Part shown: positions 1-9,729 of the stretch, piece after piece
How the letters are laid out: each line of letters starts with the position of its first letter
Numbering within the stretch: position 1 is the first letter of the stretch
DNA from: Leptospira sp.
Lineage (GTDB): Bacteria > Spirochaetota > Leptospiria > Leptospirales > Leptospiraceae
DNA length: 64,000 nucleotides
Assembly (NCBI GenBank): GCA_034439575.1
Contig: JAWXAQ010000012.1
Location: 143,815 to 207,814 of the forward strand
Reading direction: 5' to 3'
Notes under the pieces: model-generated
Seen by the model: the letters and a program-made list of their open reading frames with translations, nothing else
Told to the model about the DNA's origin: nothing
The model's database searches: none
Translations under genes and position numbers: made by a program

Positions 1-364
1 GATCAAGTTTGGGATTTTCAACATAAGTTTGAATTAAAAAAGAATTTTGGTATTGGATATTTGGATAACCATTGTTACGGTATAATTCTTTTTCTGAAGG
101 GATGGCGGATGAGTTTGGGATACTTGCCGCGAATTCAGTATGATTTAAAAAAGAATCCGAACGATAAAAACTCCAAGGCCTTCCTCCTTCAAAATCTTCT
201 GCTAAGAATAAGACATAATTTTTCTCTCTTTCTAGTGTTTTTTGAAGGATAGCAATTCGTCCTTCTTCGTCCAGGTCTGTGGGACGAGGAGCAGTTTGTA
301 TGTCCAGAATAATATGAAATGTAATTAAAAAAATAAGGAGTGATTTTTTTTTATCTGAGATCAT
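1..364 (-). CDS. Partial exported protein, possibly FlaA-like (flagellar filament outer layer) domain; runs off the left edge
   Basis: Not in the ORF track; read manually from ATG at 364: MISDKKKSLLIFLITFHIILDIQTAPRP...LFLAEDFEGGRPW..., open to base 1. Signal-peptide-like N-terminus; EDFE-x-W resembles FlaA-type beta-sandwich starts (weak). Confidence 0.6.
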   Translation of the reverse strand, partial: MISDKKKSLLIFLITFHIILDIQTAPRPTDLDEEGRIAILQKTLEREKNYVLFLAEDFEGGRPWSFYRSDSFLNHTEFAASIPNSSAIPSEKELYRNNGYPNIQYQNSFLIQTYVENPKLD

Positions 365-442
365 TTCTAAATTGCATAAGGACGAGAAGCTGCCATCCTC
401 TTATTAGTAACGGTTATTTTAAAGAAGGGTAAAGTCTTTTCT

Positions 443-1183
443 ATGGGCAGACAGGACAATATAAAAATTTTCACAACAGCGCTTCTCGTAGTGCTACTAT
501 TATCTTCTTTTATTTTTGGGTTTGTTTACCGTAATGAAATCTACCAAAAGATTCAGGTAATGACAAAATCAAGTCCAATGAGTCCAGCGGAAAGAATCAT
601 CGAAAAAGAACCGGCATGGACGGCGCCCACAGAATTAAAAACTGACGAACTCACAAAAAAAGATCCATTAAGTAGCGAAACAGAAAAAAAGAATGAACGC
701 GCCGACATACCAGCATTAGATGAGATGGAAGCTGATATCAATACTCCTGGTTCAAAATCTGTATCTGTGACAAATGTTCAATCAAACAAAAAAGAAAAAA
801 AAGAAACAGTCGATCCGATAGCTGAAACGAAAGAAATAATTAAAACTGACTTCACTAAAACAGAAAGTAAAAAATCGAACCTTAGTACAAAATCGATTAC
901 AAAAAAACAAACGACGATAAAACAAAAAGTTAAAAAAGAAACAAATCGTCTTTCAAACCGAACAAATCTCAAAGTTAAAAAATCAAGTCCGATCAAAACA
1001 GCTAAATTAAAAACCAATGATGCAAACAAACAAACGAGCACTTCAAAATCAGATTCTAGTTTAGAAGCACGTATGCAAGCCATCGAATCCAAGTTTGTAT
1101 TGCAAAACCAAAAAAATGACACACGTTTTGCGGAGATTGAAAAACGAATTGATAAATTGGAAAAATCTTTGGGTTCAAATTAG
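443..1183 (+). CDS. Hypothetical single-pass membrane protein with K/T/S-rich linker and C-terminal coiled coil
   Basis: N-terminal hydrophobic helix (ALLVVLLLSSFIFGFVY), low-complexity middle, heptad-like C-terminus; 2 bp before yggS. Confidence 0.8.
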   Translation: MGRQDNIKIFTTALLVVLLLSSFIFGFVYRNEIYQKIQVMTKSSPMSPAERIIEKEPAWTAPTELKTDELTKKDPLSSETEKKNERADIPALDEMEADINTPGSKSVSVTNVQSNKKEKKETVDPIAETKEIIKTDFTKTESKKSNLSTKSITKKQTTIKQKVKKETNRLSNRTNLKVKKSSPIKTAKLKTNDANKQTSTSKSDSSLEARMQAIESKFVLQNQKNDTRFAEIEKRIDKLEKSLGSN

Positions 1184-1185
1184 AA

Positions 1186-1875
1186 TTGCCTTCTTATGCC
1201 TCTACCTACTTCGGGATTGAAAATAATCTAAAAACCTCTTTTCCTGGAAGAGAATTTACTCTTATTGCCGTATCAAAAACAAAACCTTATGAAGTGATTC
1301 GCGAGGCCTATTTACAGGGCATTCGAGTGTTTGGTGAAAATTATATCCCCGAAGCCATTGAGAAATTTACTAAATTGCGAGAAGAATTTCCTGAGGCAAA
1401 GGATACAGTTTTCCTACACCATATTGGCCCAACACAATCTGGAACCTTGCGGAAGTTATTTGGAGTATTCCAATTCACACATGGTGTTGGATCTTTTTCT
1501 ACTTTAAAGGAACTATTGAAGAGGGCAAATAAAGAAAAAATTCAAATCGCATACTTTTTCCAAGTCAATATAACTTCCGAAGAGACAAAACATGGATTAT
1601 CCATCTCCGACTTAATCAACCAAAAAGGTGAAATGCAAACTTGGGAAAATGAATACTGTCGTTTCGAAGGTTTTATGGGAATGGGACCAAGTGATGGCTC
1701 GGAAATCCAGACGAAAGAGGCATTTGCAAAATTGGCAAACTTAAGAGACGAACATTTTCCAAATAAAAAACTCTCGATGGGAATGAGTGGAGATTTTGAA
1801 TGGGCGATGGAATTCCGTTCCGATTATTTGAGAATTGGTTCCTTAATTTTTGGAGATAGATCTTATGCTGGATAA
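1186..1875 (+). CDS. yggS: YggS family pyridoxal phosphate homeostasis protein
   Basis: LIAVSKT (PLP Lys), FGENY, LSMGMSGD, RIGS motifs; classic yggS-proC synteny; TTG start. Confidence 0.93.
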   Translation: MPSYASTYFGIENNLKTSFPGREFTLIAVSKTKPYEVIREAYLQGIRVFGENYIPEAIEKFTKLREEFPEAKDTVFLHHIGPTQSGTLRKLFGVFQFTHGVGSFSTLKELLKRANKEKIQIAYFFQVNITSEETKHGLSISDLINQKGEMQTWENEYCRFEGFMGMGPSDGSEIQTKEAFAKLANLRDEHFPNKKLSMGMSGDFEWAMEFRSDYLRIGSLIFGDRSYAG

Positions 1876-2647
1876 AGTAGGTGTTGTAGGGCTCGGGAAA
1901 ATGGGTGCGGCGATCGCTATTGGCATTCATGCGATTACAAAAAAAACAGTTTCTGGTTATGATCCATTTGCCAAATCTCACTTACCAGGCGTTGATTATA
2001 AGGCGAGTTTACTTGCTTTAGAAGAAAGTGCTGATATAATTATTCTCGCTGTTAAACCGCATGATATCGCTAAGGTGATATCCGAATTCCAAAAACCAAA
2101 AATTTTCCTATCCATTGCCGCTGGTATTCCTATATCTCTTATGCAAAGTGTCGCCCAAGAGGGAAGTCAAATTGTAAGACTGATGCCAAATCTTCCTCTT
2201 GTTGTCGGCCGAGGTGCGATCGGATATTATACAGAATCAAACTTACATGAATTAATTTTAGAATTATTTTCTGGACTAGGTACAGTTGTTCGTCTCGACA
2301 AAGAGTCGTTACTTGATGCAGTGACAGGTTTATCGGGATCTGGACCTGCCTATGTACTAACATTTTTACATGCATTAGCCGAAGGTGGATTGAAAGAAGG
2401 TCTTACCTATAATCAAAGTTTGGATTTGGCTATGGAAACAATGGCCGGAACTATAGAATACTTTCGTAAACTCAAAGAGACAGATAAAGACCTTCATCCT
2501 ATGGAGATGCGCAATTGGGTGACTTCCCCTGGTGGCACAACCATTCATGGGCTGGATGCACTGGAGCGGGGTGGATTATCGACTGCAGTGAGAGATGCTG
2601 TGGCAAGTGCCACACTTCGAAGTAAGGAATTAGGAAAAAAGGGATGA
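1865..2647 (+). CDS. proC: Pyrroline-5-carboxylate reductase
   Basis: GLGKMG Rossmann motif, LAVKP, SIAAG, RLMPN, GLSGSGPAY, VTSPGGTT; ATG at 1865 preferred over 1850. Confidence 0.96.
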   Translation: MLDKVGVVGLGKMGAAIAIGIHAITKKTVSGYDPFAKSHLPGVDYKASLLALEESADIIILAVKPHDIAKVISEFQKPKIFLSIAAGIPISLMQSVAQEGSQIVRLMPNLPLVVGRGAIGYYTESNLHELILELFSGLGTVVRLDKESLLDAVTGLSGSGPAYVLTFLHALAEGGLKEGLTYNQSLDLAMETMAGTIEYFRKLKETDKDLHPMEMRNWVTSPGGTTIHGLDALERGGLSTAVRDAVASATLRSKELGKKG

Positions 2648-2653
2648 TGACGG

Positions 2654-2730
<77 letters not shown>

Positions 2731-2895
2731 AAATACCACATTCTACGAACCCCATTTATTGTCAATGTTTTATAGGATAAATCTTTCCTAATTATTGGGA
2801 CCGCTTAAAATTTATACAAGTCCCTAAAATCTTACTTTACATCCCTTAGAAAGCAGTTCTTTCTATTCTCTGAATCAAGGTGCGGGCGGTGTTCT

Positions 2896-3951
2896 TTGTC
2901 CATTAAAGAAAATACAGACATAGTATTCGAACATTACGAAAAAAAAATTTATGACCAGAAGCAGCTGCTAGAGATTTCAAGGGCATTAAACTCCACTCTT
3001 GATTACAAATATCTTATTGATGCCATTTTAAATATTTGCTTAGCACAGTTACAAACTTTACATGCAGCTATGTACTTAGAGCCAGAGATTGATTTGGGTC
3101 TATTTAAACTTGAGCCTCAGTCGACCAAAGGTTTTGAATTAACTCCAGAAGATCATAATTATGAAATAAAGATGGATACTTCACTCATCCATTATTTTGA
3201 AGAAAAACCAAAAGCCATCACAATGACGCAGATTTTAAAAGTCGATAGCGTCAAAGATTCAAAAGATCTTGATTACTTGCGTAAGTTAGGTGCCGAAATA
3301 TTGGTACCTTTGAATGCAAAGGGTAAAGTGAACGGATTACTTGTACTTGGTGAAAAAATGACTTCCGAAGAATTTTTGGAAGATGAAAAAGAATTTATGA
3401 CAACGCTTGCTAATTTAGCAGGCATTGCTGTCGACAATGCAAGGTTATACGAACTTGCAACTGTTGATATGATGACTGGTTTAAAAATTCACCATTATTT
3501 TCAAACAAAATTGAAAGAAGAGATGGATCGTTGCCGTAAAAAGGGAACAAAGTTATCATTACTTTTTACAGATATAGATAAGTTTAAAGTTTTTAATGAT
3601 ACCTATGGTCACCAAGCAGGTGACGTGGTATTGATTGAAGTCGCTAAACAATTGATAAATGCCGCTCTTAGACACCATATCCCGGCTAGATACGGTGGGG
3701 AAGAATTTTGCCTAGTGATGCCTGGAGCTTCAGAAGAGGAAGCCTTCGCAAAGGGTGAAGAAATTCGAAATGCAGTAGAAGCCATGGTTGTCAAAAATGA
3801 TGGTGTGGATTTGAAAGTGACTTTATCCGTTGGGATATCGTCCTTTCGGCCGAGCGACAGAAACAATAAGGATCTGATAGAACGGGCAGACAAGGCACTG
3901 TATCAGGCAAAACATTCCGGGCGAAATCGAACAATTTGCTTTAAAGAATAA
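2896..3951 (+). CDS. GAF domain diguanylate cyclase
   Basis: N-terminal GAF (ILVPL...GLLVLG...ENARLY-like DNARLY), DMMTGL, DIDKFKVFND, ARYGGEEF, ADKALYQAK; TTG start. Confidence 0.95.
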   Translation: MSIKENTDIVFEHYEKKIYDQKQLLEISRALNSTLDYKYLIDAILNICLAQLQTLHAAMYLEPEIDLGLFKLEPQSTKGFELTPEDHNYEIKMDTSLIHYFEEKPKAITMTQILKVDSVKDSKDLDYLRKLGAEILVPLNAKGKVNGLLVLGEKMTSEEFLEDEKEFMTTLANLAGIAVDNARLYELATVDMMTGLKIHHYFQTKLKEEMDRCRKKGTKLSLLFTDIDKFKVFNDTYGHQAGDVVLIEVAKQLINAALRHHIPARYGGEEFCLVMPGASEEEAFAKGEEIRNAVEAMVVKNDGVDLKVTLSVGISSFRPSDRNNKDLIERADKALYQAKHSGRNRTICFKE

Positions 3952-3973
3952 GGTTTTTGCCGATGGAAATGGT

Positions 3974-4198
3974 ATGGCAGAAGCAATTTCCATCTTACAG
4001 GTTTCCCCCGAAAATCAAAATACTGTTCTTGCGTCCATTCGCGACAGAGCACTGGGTCTACATTCCTTTAATTTTCAACCTTATTCTTGTTTTATTGAGT
4101 ATAAATCAAGGGATCAAAAAACGGGTATCGAATACAGGGATTGTATTGTAGATTATACCCGATGCCCAAATCAGAATTGTATCAAAAAACTTGTTTAA
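3974..4198 (+). CDS. Small hypothetical protein (74 aa, four Cys)
   Basis: Fills the gap between the DGC and the protease on the operon strand with protein-like composition; no family recognised. Confidence 0.5.
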   Translation: MAEAISILQVSPENQNTVLASIRDRALGLHSFNFQPYSCFIEYKSRDQKTGIEYRDCIVDYTRCPNQNCIKKLV

Positions 4199-5058
4199 TC
4201 AAATTTTGTTTTTTTACTCTATTTCTTTGTTTTCATTGTCATAAGGGAGCTAAACCAAATATAATAAATCCTATTTCTAAAAAAGTAGTCACAGAAGGGC
4301 TCGTCGGGATATTCGCGGTCCAAAACAAAGATACCTATGTTTTGCTACATGGATTTAAAGACCAGCATTCTGGTAAGTCGATTCCACTTTTACTTGATAC
4401 TGGTTCCGATCTAACTTTTTTATCAGATGAAAATATCACTAATGGTAAGCCCCTTTTATGGGAAGGAAATTCCTACTCATTTCCCACACGAAGTGGCATT
4501 CTTCCAAATGAAATTCTAGGTGTTATTGGACTTGATTTTTTTCAGCAAACTTGCATTTGGTGGGAAGATGACACAATCGCAGTTTACCGAGCGAGCTCAA
4601 GTGTTTGTTTGCGACCTCAAGCGTATTTCTCAACCAATTTAAAGCTTCTCTCAACTACGAAAAAAGATTCTTTCTATTATGTCCGTTTTTTTAAAGAAGA
4701 AAAAAAATACTGGGGTCTTGTGGATACAGGGGCGACAATTAGCCATTTGCCAGTAGAATTTGAAACGAATGCAGCGAGCCATGGCAAAAAAAACGTGTTT
4801 TTAGCCGGGGGCAAAATCCAAGAAGCCAATCTTTTCTTTAACGAAGCGCACCTTTATCTGGAAACTAAAGAGGGAAATTCGATTCCATTCAAAGACTTTT
4901 ATTTTCTAAATGGAATTTCACTTGAGCATTTGGATTTAACGAGAGAAAAGGATAGTGAGACGGTAGGAGTCATAGGTTTGGAATTATTGCAAAGGTTCCC
5001 ACTGTTTTGGGACTTTCAAAGAAATTCCATAGGACTTCTAAACCCTCCTATAAATTAA
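4162..5058 (+). CDS. Retropepsin-like (clan AA) aspartyl protease with two lobes, probably exported or a lipoprotein
   Basis: Two DTG motifs (LLLDTGSD, GLVDTGAT), each followed by a G-hydrophobic-hydrophobic-G motif (GVIGLDFF, GVIGLELL); hydrophobic N-terminus ending LCFHC; start uncertain (4141 or 4162). Confidence 0.8.
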   Translation: MPKSELYQKTCLIKFCFFTLFLCFHCHKGAKPNIINPISKKVVTEGLVGIFAVQNKDTYVLLHGFKDQHSGKSIPLLLDTGSDLTFLSDENITNGKPLLWEGNSYSFPTRSGILPNEILGVIGLDFFQQTCIWWEDDTIAVYRASSSVCLRPQAYFSTNLKLLSTTKKDSFYYVRFFKEEKKYWGLVDTGATISHLPVEFETNAASHGKKNVFLAGGKIQEANLFFNEAHLYLETKEGNSIPFKDFYFLNGISLEHLDLTREKDSETVGVIGLELLQRFPLFWDFQRNSIGLLNPPIN

Positions 5059-5059
5059 C

Positions 5060-6196
5060 GTGAACACAAAAGAAAAAATTATCGTAGCAATGAGCGGTGG
5101 AGTTGATAGCGCAGTGGCCGCCGGTTTACTAATTGAACAAGGCTATGATGTAATCGGTGTTAATTTACGAACATGGGAGTATGAAGCGCCCGCTTGTGAT
5201 ACAACAAAAAAATCCTGTTGTTCCCCGGAAGATATTCGTGATGCGAGAGATGTTGGTCTTTCCTTAAAAATTCCTTTTTATGTAATTAAGATGGAAAAGG
5301 TTTTTGGTGAAAGAGTGATCGAACGATTTATATCTGATTATAAAGACGGAAGGACTCCCAATCCTTGTGTCGAATGCAATACTTTCGTAAAGTTTGGTGC
5401 CTTATTTGAACAAGCAAAAAAGCTTGGCATATCAAAAATTGCCACTGGTCATTATGCAAGAACAATTGAGACAAATGGGCGATATGCGATCAGAAATGCA
5501 GTTGATCAAAAGAAAAATCAAGCCTATTATTTATATGGGCTCACTCAAGATAATATAAAATCCACAATATTCCCGCTAGGTGGTATGGAAAAATCAGAAG
5601 TTAGAGATATCGCAAGACGAATGGGACTGACTGTTGCCGACAAAGCTGAGTCGCAAGAGATTTGTTTTATTCCAGAAAACGATTATAGATCTTTTTTGAA
5701 GAAAAGTGGAGTGGAGTTTACACCTGGTTTTTTTAAATTAAAATCAGGTCAAATCATTGGCAAACATACTGGTAAAGAAGGTTTTACAATCGGACAGAGG
5801 AAAGGATTGGGCATTGCTTGGAAAAATCCTCTCTATGTCATTGCTATCGAAGACGATGGAACTGTTATACTCGGCGAAGATGAGGAAACTTTTTGTGAGT
5901 CATTTGTATTAGAAGATATCACTTGTCAAGGGTTAGCTGATTTTCCAATCGGTGAGTCAATGGAGATGGATGTTCAGATTCGTTACAGAAGTATTCCCGT
6001 TAGGTGTCTTGTGAAAAATCTAGGAAAGGAATGGCTGGTTACATTTATAGCGGATGTTAAAAGTGTAGCTCCCGGACAATCGGCAACATTTTATCCGCCA
6101 GGAGGCGACTATTTGTTAGCTGGTGGAATTATCCAAAAAGGATCTATTTTGCATAAATCAAAAAGTCTAGCTGTATCTGGTAACATGGGAATTTAA
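5060..6196 (+). CDS. mnmA: tRNA 2-thiouridine(34) synthase MnmA
   Basis: AMSGGVDS PP-loop, TPNPCVECN, ATGHY, ESQEICF, TIGQRKG, APGQ. Confidence 0.97.
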   Translation: MNTKEKIIVAMSGGVDSAVAAGLLIEQGYDVIGVNLRTWEYEAPACDTTKKSCCSPEDIRDARDVGLSLKIPFYVIKMEKVFGERVIERFISDYKDGRTPNPCVECNTFVKFGALFEQAKKLGISKIATGHYARTIETNGRYAIRNAVDQKKNQAYYLYGLTQDNIKSTIFPLGGMEKSEVRDIARRMGLTVADKAESQEICFIPENDYRSFLKKSGVEFTPGFFKLKSGQIIGKHTGKEGFTIGQRKGLGIAWKNPLYVIAIEDDGTVILGEDEETFCESFVLEDITCQGLADFPIGESMEMDVQIRYRSIPVRCLVKNLGKEWLVTFIADVKSVAPGQSATFYPPGGDYLLAGGIIQKGSILHKSKSLAVSGNMGI

Positions 6197-6206
6197 GGAA
6201 ACCTAT

Positions 6207-8459
6207 TTGAAATCAGTAGCAGATAAAACAATCCTCATCATTGGTGGTGGACTTTTACAAGTTCCTATCATTCAAACGGCAAAAACCATGAAGTTAAAAA
6301 CTTTGGTGGCAGATATGAATCCAAGTTCAATAGGATTTCAAATCGCTGATGAAAAAATCATCATGTCCACTAAGGATGTGGAAGGCATGGTACGTGAAGC
6401 AAAACGTTACTGCCAATCAAATTCCATTCATGGGGTGATAACGGCAGGTACAGATGCTTCCATGACGGTTGCAGCAGTTGCTTCGGCAATTGGTTTACCT
6501 GGCATTCGTTTTGTGGATGCTGAGGCCGCATCCAATAAAGTAAAAATGCGACAAAGATTAAAAGAACATGGAATTCCTATTCCAGCATTTGCGCCAGTTT
6601 GGTCTTTGCAAGATGCAAAGGATGCCATAAACCACCTAACTTTTCCTTTGGTGATGAAACCAGCAGATAATATGGGGGCCCGAGGGGTTATCAAAGTCAA
6701 TGACAAGGATGAGATCCCACATGCTTTTCGTCATGCGAAGAAATTTTGTCCAACAGGTGAATTGATTTTAGAAGAATATATGGAAGGTCCTGAACTTTCC
6801 GTAGATGCTCTTGCCTTTCAGGGCCAAATTCGAATGACAGGAATTGCAGATCGAATCATCGAGAGAGAACCTTTTTTTATTGAAGTCGGACACAATATGC
6901 CTTCTCGTTTGCCAGAGAAAGTATTGATGGAAGTTGAAGATGTGATGGCTCGTGGGATGCGGGCGCTTGGGATACATTTGGGTGCTGGGAAAGGTGACAT
7001 TAAAGTAACCAAAGACGGTGTAAAAATCGGAGAAATCGCCGCACGTCTGTCAGGTGGCTATATGTCTGCATTTACATACCCACTTTCTACAGGAGTAAAT
7101 TTAAACAGAGCGGCACTTTTAATCGCACTTGGAGAAACACCAGACAATTTAGAACCCGTATTAAAGAGAGTATCCATAGAACGTTCGTTACTTGCAAGTC
7201 CTGGAAAATTGATCCAAATACATGGTGCCGAAGATGCAAAAAAAATTGATGGGGTAAACGAAGTATTTCTACAATCGAAGCCGGGTGACTTAATCAAAGA
7301 ACCGACAAATAACATAGAAAAATCAGGTCATGTAATTATCACTGCGGACTCACTCGAAGAAGCAAATCTCGTTTTTGAAAAAGTAAAAAAAGTTATAAAA
7401 TTTGAAGTCGATGAAATTTTTTCCATTTCAGAAAAAGAAATAAACGATGCAGCAAGGCTTAGATTTGGAAAAGAGATTTGCTGGGTTTGTAAAGTTTGTG
7501 ATGGAATCAATTGTGCGTCTGGTGTCCCTGGAATGGGTGGTGTGGGACGTATGGAAACATTTCAAGACAATAACATTGCACTACAAGAATATCATATAGT
7601 TCCAAGTTATATTAGAGATCAGATAGCTCCTGTTATAGAAAGTAAATTCTTAGGGCTAACTTTAAAAACACCAATCATGTCTGCGCCTATGACTGGTGTT
7701 GGCACAAATATGAATTTTGTGATGACCGATCTTGATTATGCAGAACTCGTTACAAGAAGTTTTGTCCAAAATGGATCCATAGCTTGGTTAGGTGATGGTG
7801 CCAGTGTTGATAAGTATAAAATCATGATCCAGGCCTTAAAAAAAGTAGAGGGAAAAGGAATTTTAATTTGTAAACCTAGGGCTGATGAGGGCCTTTTACA
7901 TTCGCGTTTGCAGGAAGCTGAAAATGCAGGTATTTTTGCCGTCGGAATGGACATTGATGCTGTGAATTTTAAAACAATGGCGATCAAAAATTTAGGAAGT
8001 ATTGCTCGTAACATTGAAAAATTATCAAAATTAAAAGCGACAGTTAAAATACCTTTTATATTAAAAGGTATTATGAGTTTAGATGATGCTAAATTAGCAA
8101 TGGATGCTGGGTTTGATGCGATCGTGGTATCAAATCATGGGGGACGGGTGTTAGATGGTCTACCTGGAACGGCTCGTGTATTACCAAAAATAGCAGAACT
8201 CTTAAAAGGAAAAATCCCTATACTCGTTGATGGGGGAATTCGTTCTGGCATGGATGTTTTTCGAATGATTGCCCTGGGTGCAGATCAGGTTTTACTCGGC
8301 AGACCGGTCGCTATATCTATTGTGGGTGGTGATGAAGCAGGCATACGATTTTTACTAAATCGTTATTCCGAAGAACTTCAACAAACGATGAGTATAACGG
8401 GTGCAAAATCTCTCGTTGACATTAAATTTTCTATGCTAAGACACAAGTATTTAGGATAA
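6207..8459 (+). CDS. ATP-grasp ligase fused to an FMN-dependent alpha-hydroxy acid dehydrogenase domain with a Cys motif
   Basis: N-half: IIGGGLLQ, PLVMKPAD, EEYMEGPELSVD, EIAARLSGG. C-half: CWVCKVCDGINC, PIMSAPM, PFILKGI, VSNHGGR, VDGGIRSGMD, LGRP. Confidence 0.9.
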   Translation: MKSVADKTILIIGGGLLQVPIIQTAKTMKLKTLVADMNPSSIGFQIADEKIIMSTKDVEGMVREAKRYCQSNSIHGVITAGTDASMTVAAVASAIGLPGIRFVDAEAASNKVKMRQRLKEHGIPIPAFAPVWSLQDAKDAINHLTFPLVMKPADNMGARGVIKVNDKDEIPHAFRHAKKFCPTGELILEEYMEGPELSVDALAFQGQIRMTGIADRIIEREPFFIEVGHNMPSRLPEKVLMEVEDVMARGMRALGIHLGAGKGDIKVTKDGVKIGEIAARLSGGYMSAFTYPLSTGVNLNRAALLIALGETPDNLEPVLKRVSIERSLLASPGKLIQIHGAEDAKKIDGVNEVFLQSKPGDLIKEPTNNIEKSGHVIITADSLEEANLVFEKVKKVIKFEVDEIFSISEKEINDAARLRFGKEICWVCKVCDGINCASGVPGMGGVGRMETFQDNNIALQEYHIVPSYIRDQIAPVIESKFLGLTLKTPIMSAPMTGVGTNMNFVMTDLDYAELVTRSFVQNGSIAWLGDGASVDKYKIMIQALKKVEGKGILICKPRADEGLLHSRLQEAENAGIFAVGMDIDAVNFKTMAIKNLGSIARNIEKLSKLKATVKIPFILKGIMSLDDAKLAMDAGFDAIVVSNHGGRVLDGLPGTARVLPKIAELLKGKIPILVDGGIRSGMDVFRMIALGADQVLLGRPVAISIVGGDEAGIRFLLNRYSEELQQTMSITGAKSLVDIKFSMLRHKYLG

Positions 8460-8461
8460 TC

Positions 8462-9727
8462 ATGAATAAGGAAATTTCAGATCAGGATGGAATACTCAAA
8501 GTCATTTCCGCACTTTTCGGAAAATTGCCTGTCACGATTGTTGCAGATGGAAAAGAAATTCCAGTCAAAGTCATTGCCCTAAAAAACAAAGCTCTTATTA
8601 TTAACACCATAGCAAAATTTCCATCTAAGGCTCGCATCCTAACACTCGTTCATAATGGAAACAAATTTGTTGCACAGTTAACTCTTATTGGTGGCGACGG
8701 AAATGGTATCGAAATTTTACAGCCTTTAAAAATAACTATTTTACCTGCGACTAGACAAGGTAACAGGGTTGAGGTGAATCAATCTTCCAATGCAAATATG
8801 ACGATTACAAATTTGATAAATGTAATCGATGTTACAAAAGCGATCGGATTTGATGATAAAAAAGTTGATGCGATTTTACTTGCATATCGGAGTAAACTAT
8901 CAAAGATTTACCCAAATTCATCTATTTATTTGGCGAGCCGCCCTGATAATAGACTCAGACTTATGCAACATTATGATAAGTCCATCTACATAGTTGATAG
9001 AAAAAGTAAAGCCACGGCAAATCCCGTTTATCTTCCGTTTGATGAATATTTAAGAATTTTTGATACTTCAAAACTTTCCGATGAATTGATCTCTGAAATA
9101 GCGATTCCTTTGCGTTACAAAGGTTATGTGAGTTTGGGTTATGTTCAAATACTTTCAAATACTCCATTGGACAATGAAGCTTTTAGTCAGGTGCAATTAT
9201 TTTCGCAAGCCGTGGCTCGAGATATCATTGCAACTGGTGTATTCCAAGAATCTAAAGAAATATGCCCAGTAGTTGACTTAAGTTCTGGTGGTATTAGTTT
9301 TTTACATGCACCTACTCGTGCCTTTAGTCGCAATGTAACAATGAATGGAACTATTATTTTTGATTTAATTATGAATCAAAATAGCCGTGCCACTTTCCGT
9401 GGTATCATTAAAAACATTCGTAACCAAGAAACTAATTATAGAGTAGGTTGCCAGTTTTACAATACGAACGTACGTGATTCGGAAATCTTGGAAGAATTTC
9501 TCGGTATTACTCATCCCACAGAAGAAACCGCTGTTCCCGAAAGTAGTGAGACGTCTAACATAGAAGAAAACACCCAAATGGAAAATGGGGATTACCAATT
9601 CAATGAAGAGAGTGTAAATTCTGAATCTTTAGAAGAATCGAACTTAGATAATTTAGAATTGCCGATGCCAGAAGATTCATTCAATGATATTCCGCTTTCA
9701 ACGGAAGAAAATGAAAAGCAAGACTGA
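8462..9727 (+). CDS. DUF1577 / YcgR-like PilZ protein with inserted GAF-like domain (putative c-di-GMP receptor), acidic tail
   Basis: RxxxR (RQGNR) after the N-terminal barrel, GAF-like segment (SEIAIPL...LGYVQI), DxSxxG (DLSSGG), YRVGCQF PilZ end. Confidence 0.8.
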   Translation: MNKEISDQDGILKVISALFGKLPVTIVADGKEIPVKVIALKNKALIINTIAKFPSKARILTLVHNGNKFVAQLTLIGGDGNGIEILQPLKITILPATRQGNRVEVNQSSNANMTITNLINVIDVTKAIGFDDKKVDAILLAYRSKLSKIYPNSSIYLASRPDNRLRLMQHYDKSIYIVDRKSKATANPVYLPFDEYLRIFDTSKLSDELISEIAIPLRYKGYVSLGYVQILSNTPLDNEAFSQVQLFSQAVARDIIATGVFQESKEICPVVDLSSGGISFLHAPTRAFSRNVTMNGTIIFDLIMNQNSRATFRGIIKNIRNQETNYRVGCQFYNTNVRDSEILEEFLGITHPTEETAVPESSETSNIEENTQMENGDYQFNEESVNSESLEESNLDNLELPMPEDSFNDIPLSTEENEKQD

Positions 9728-9729
9728 TT

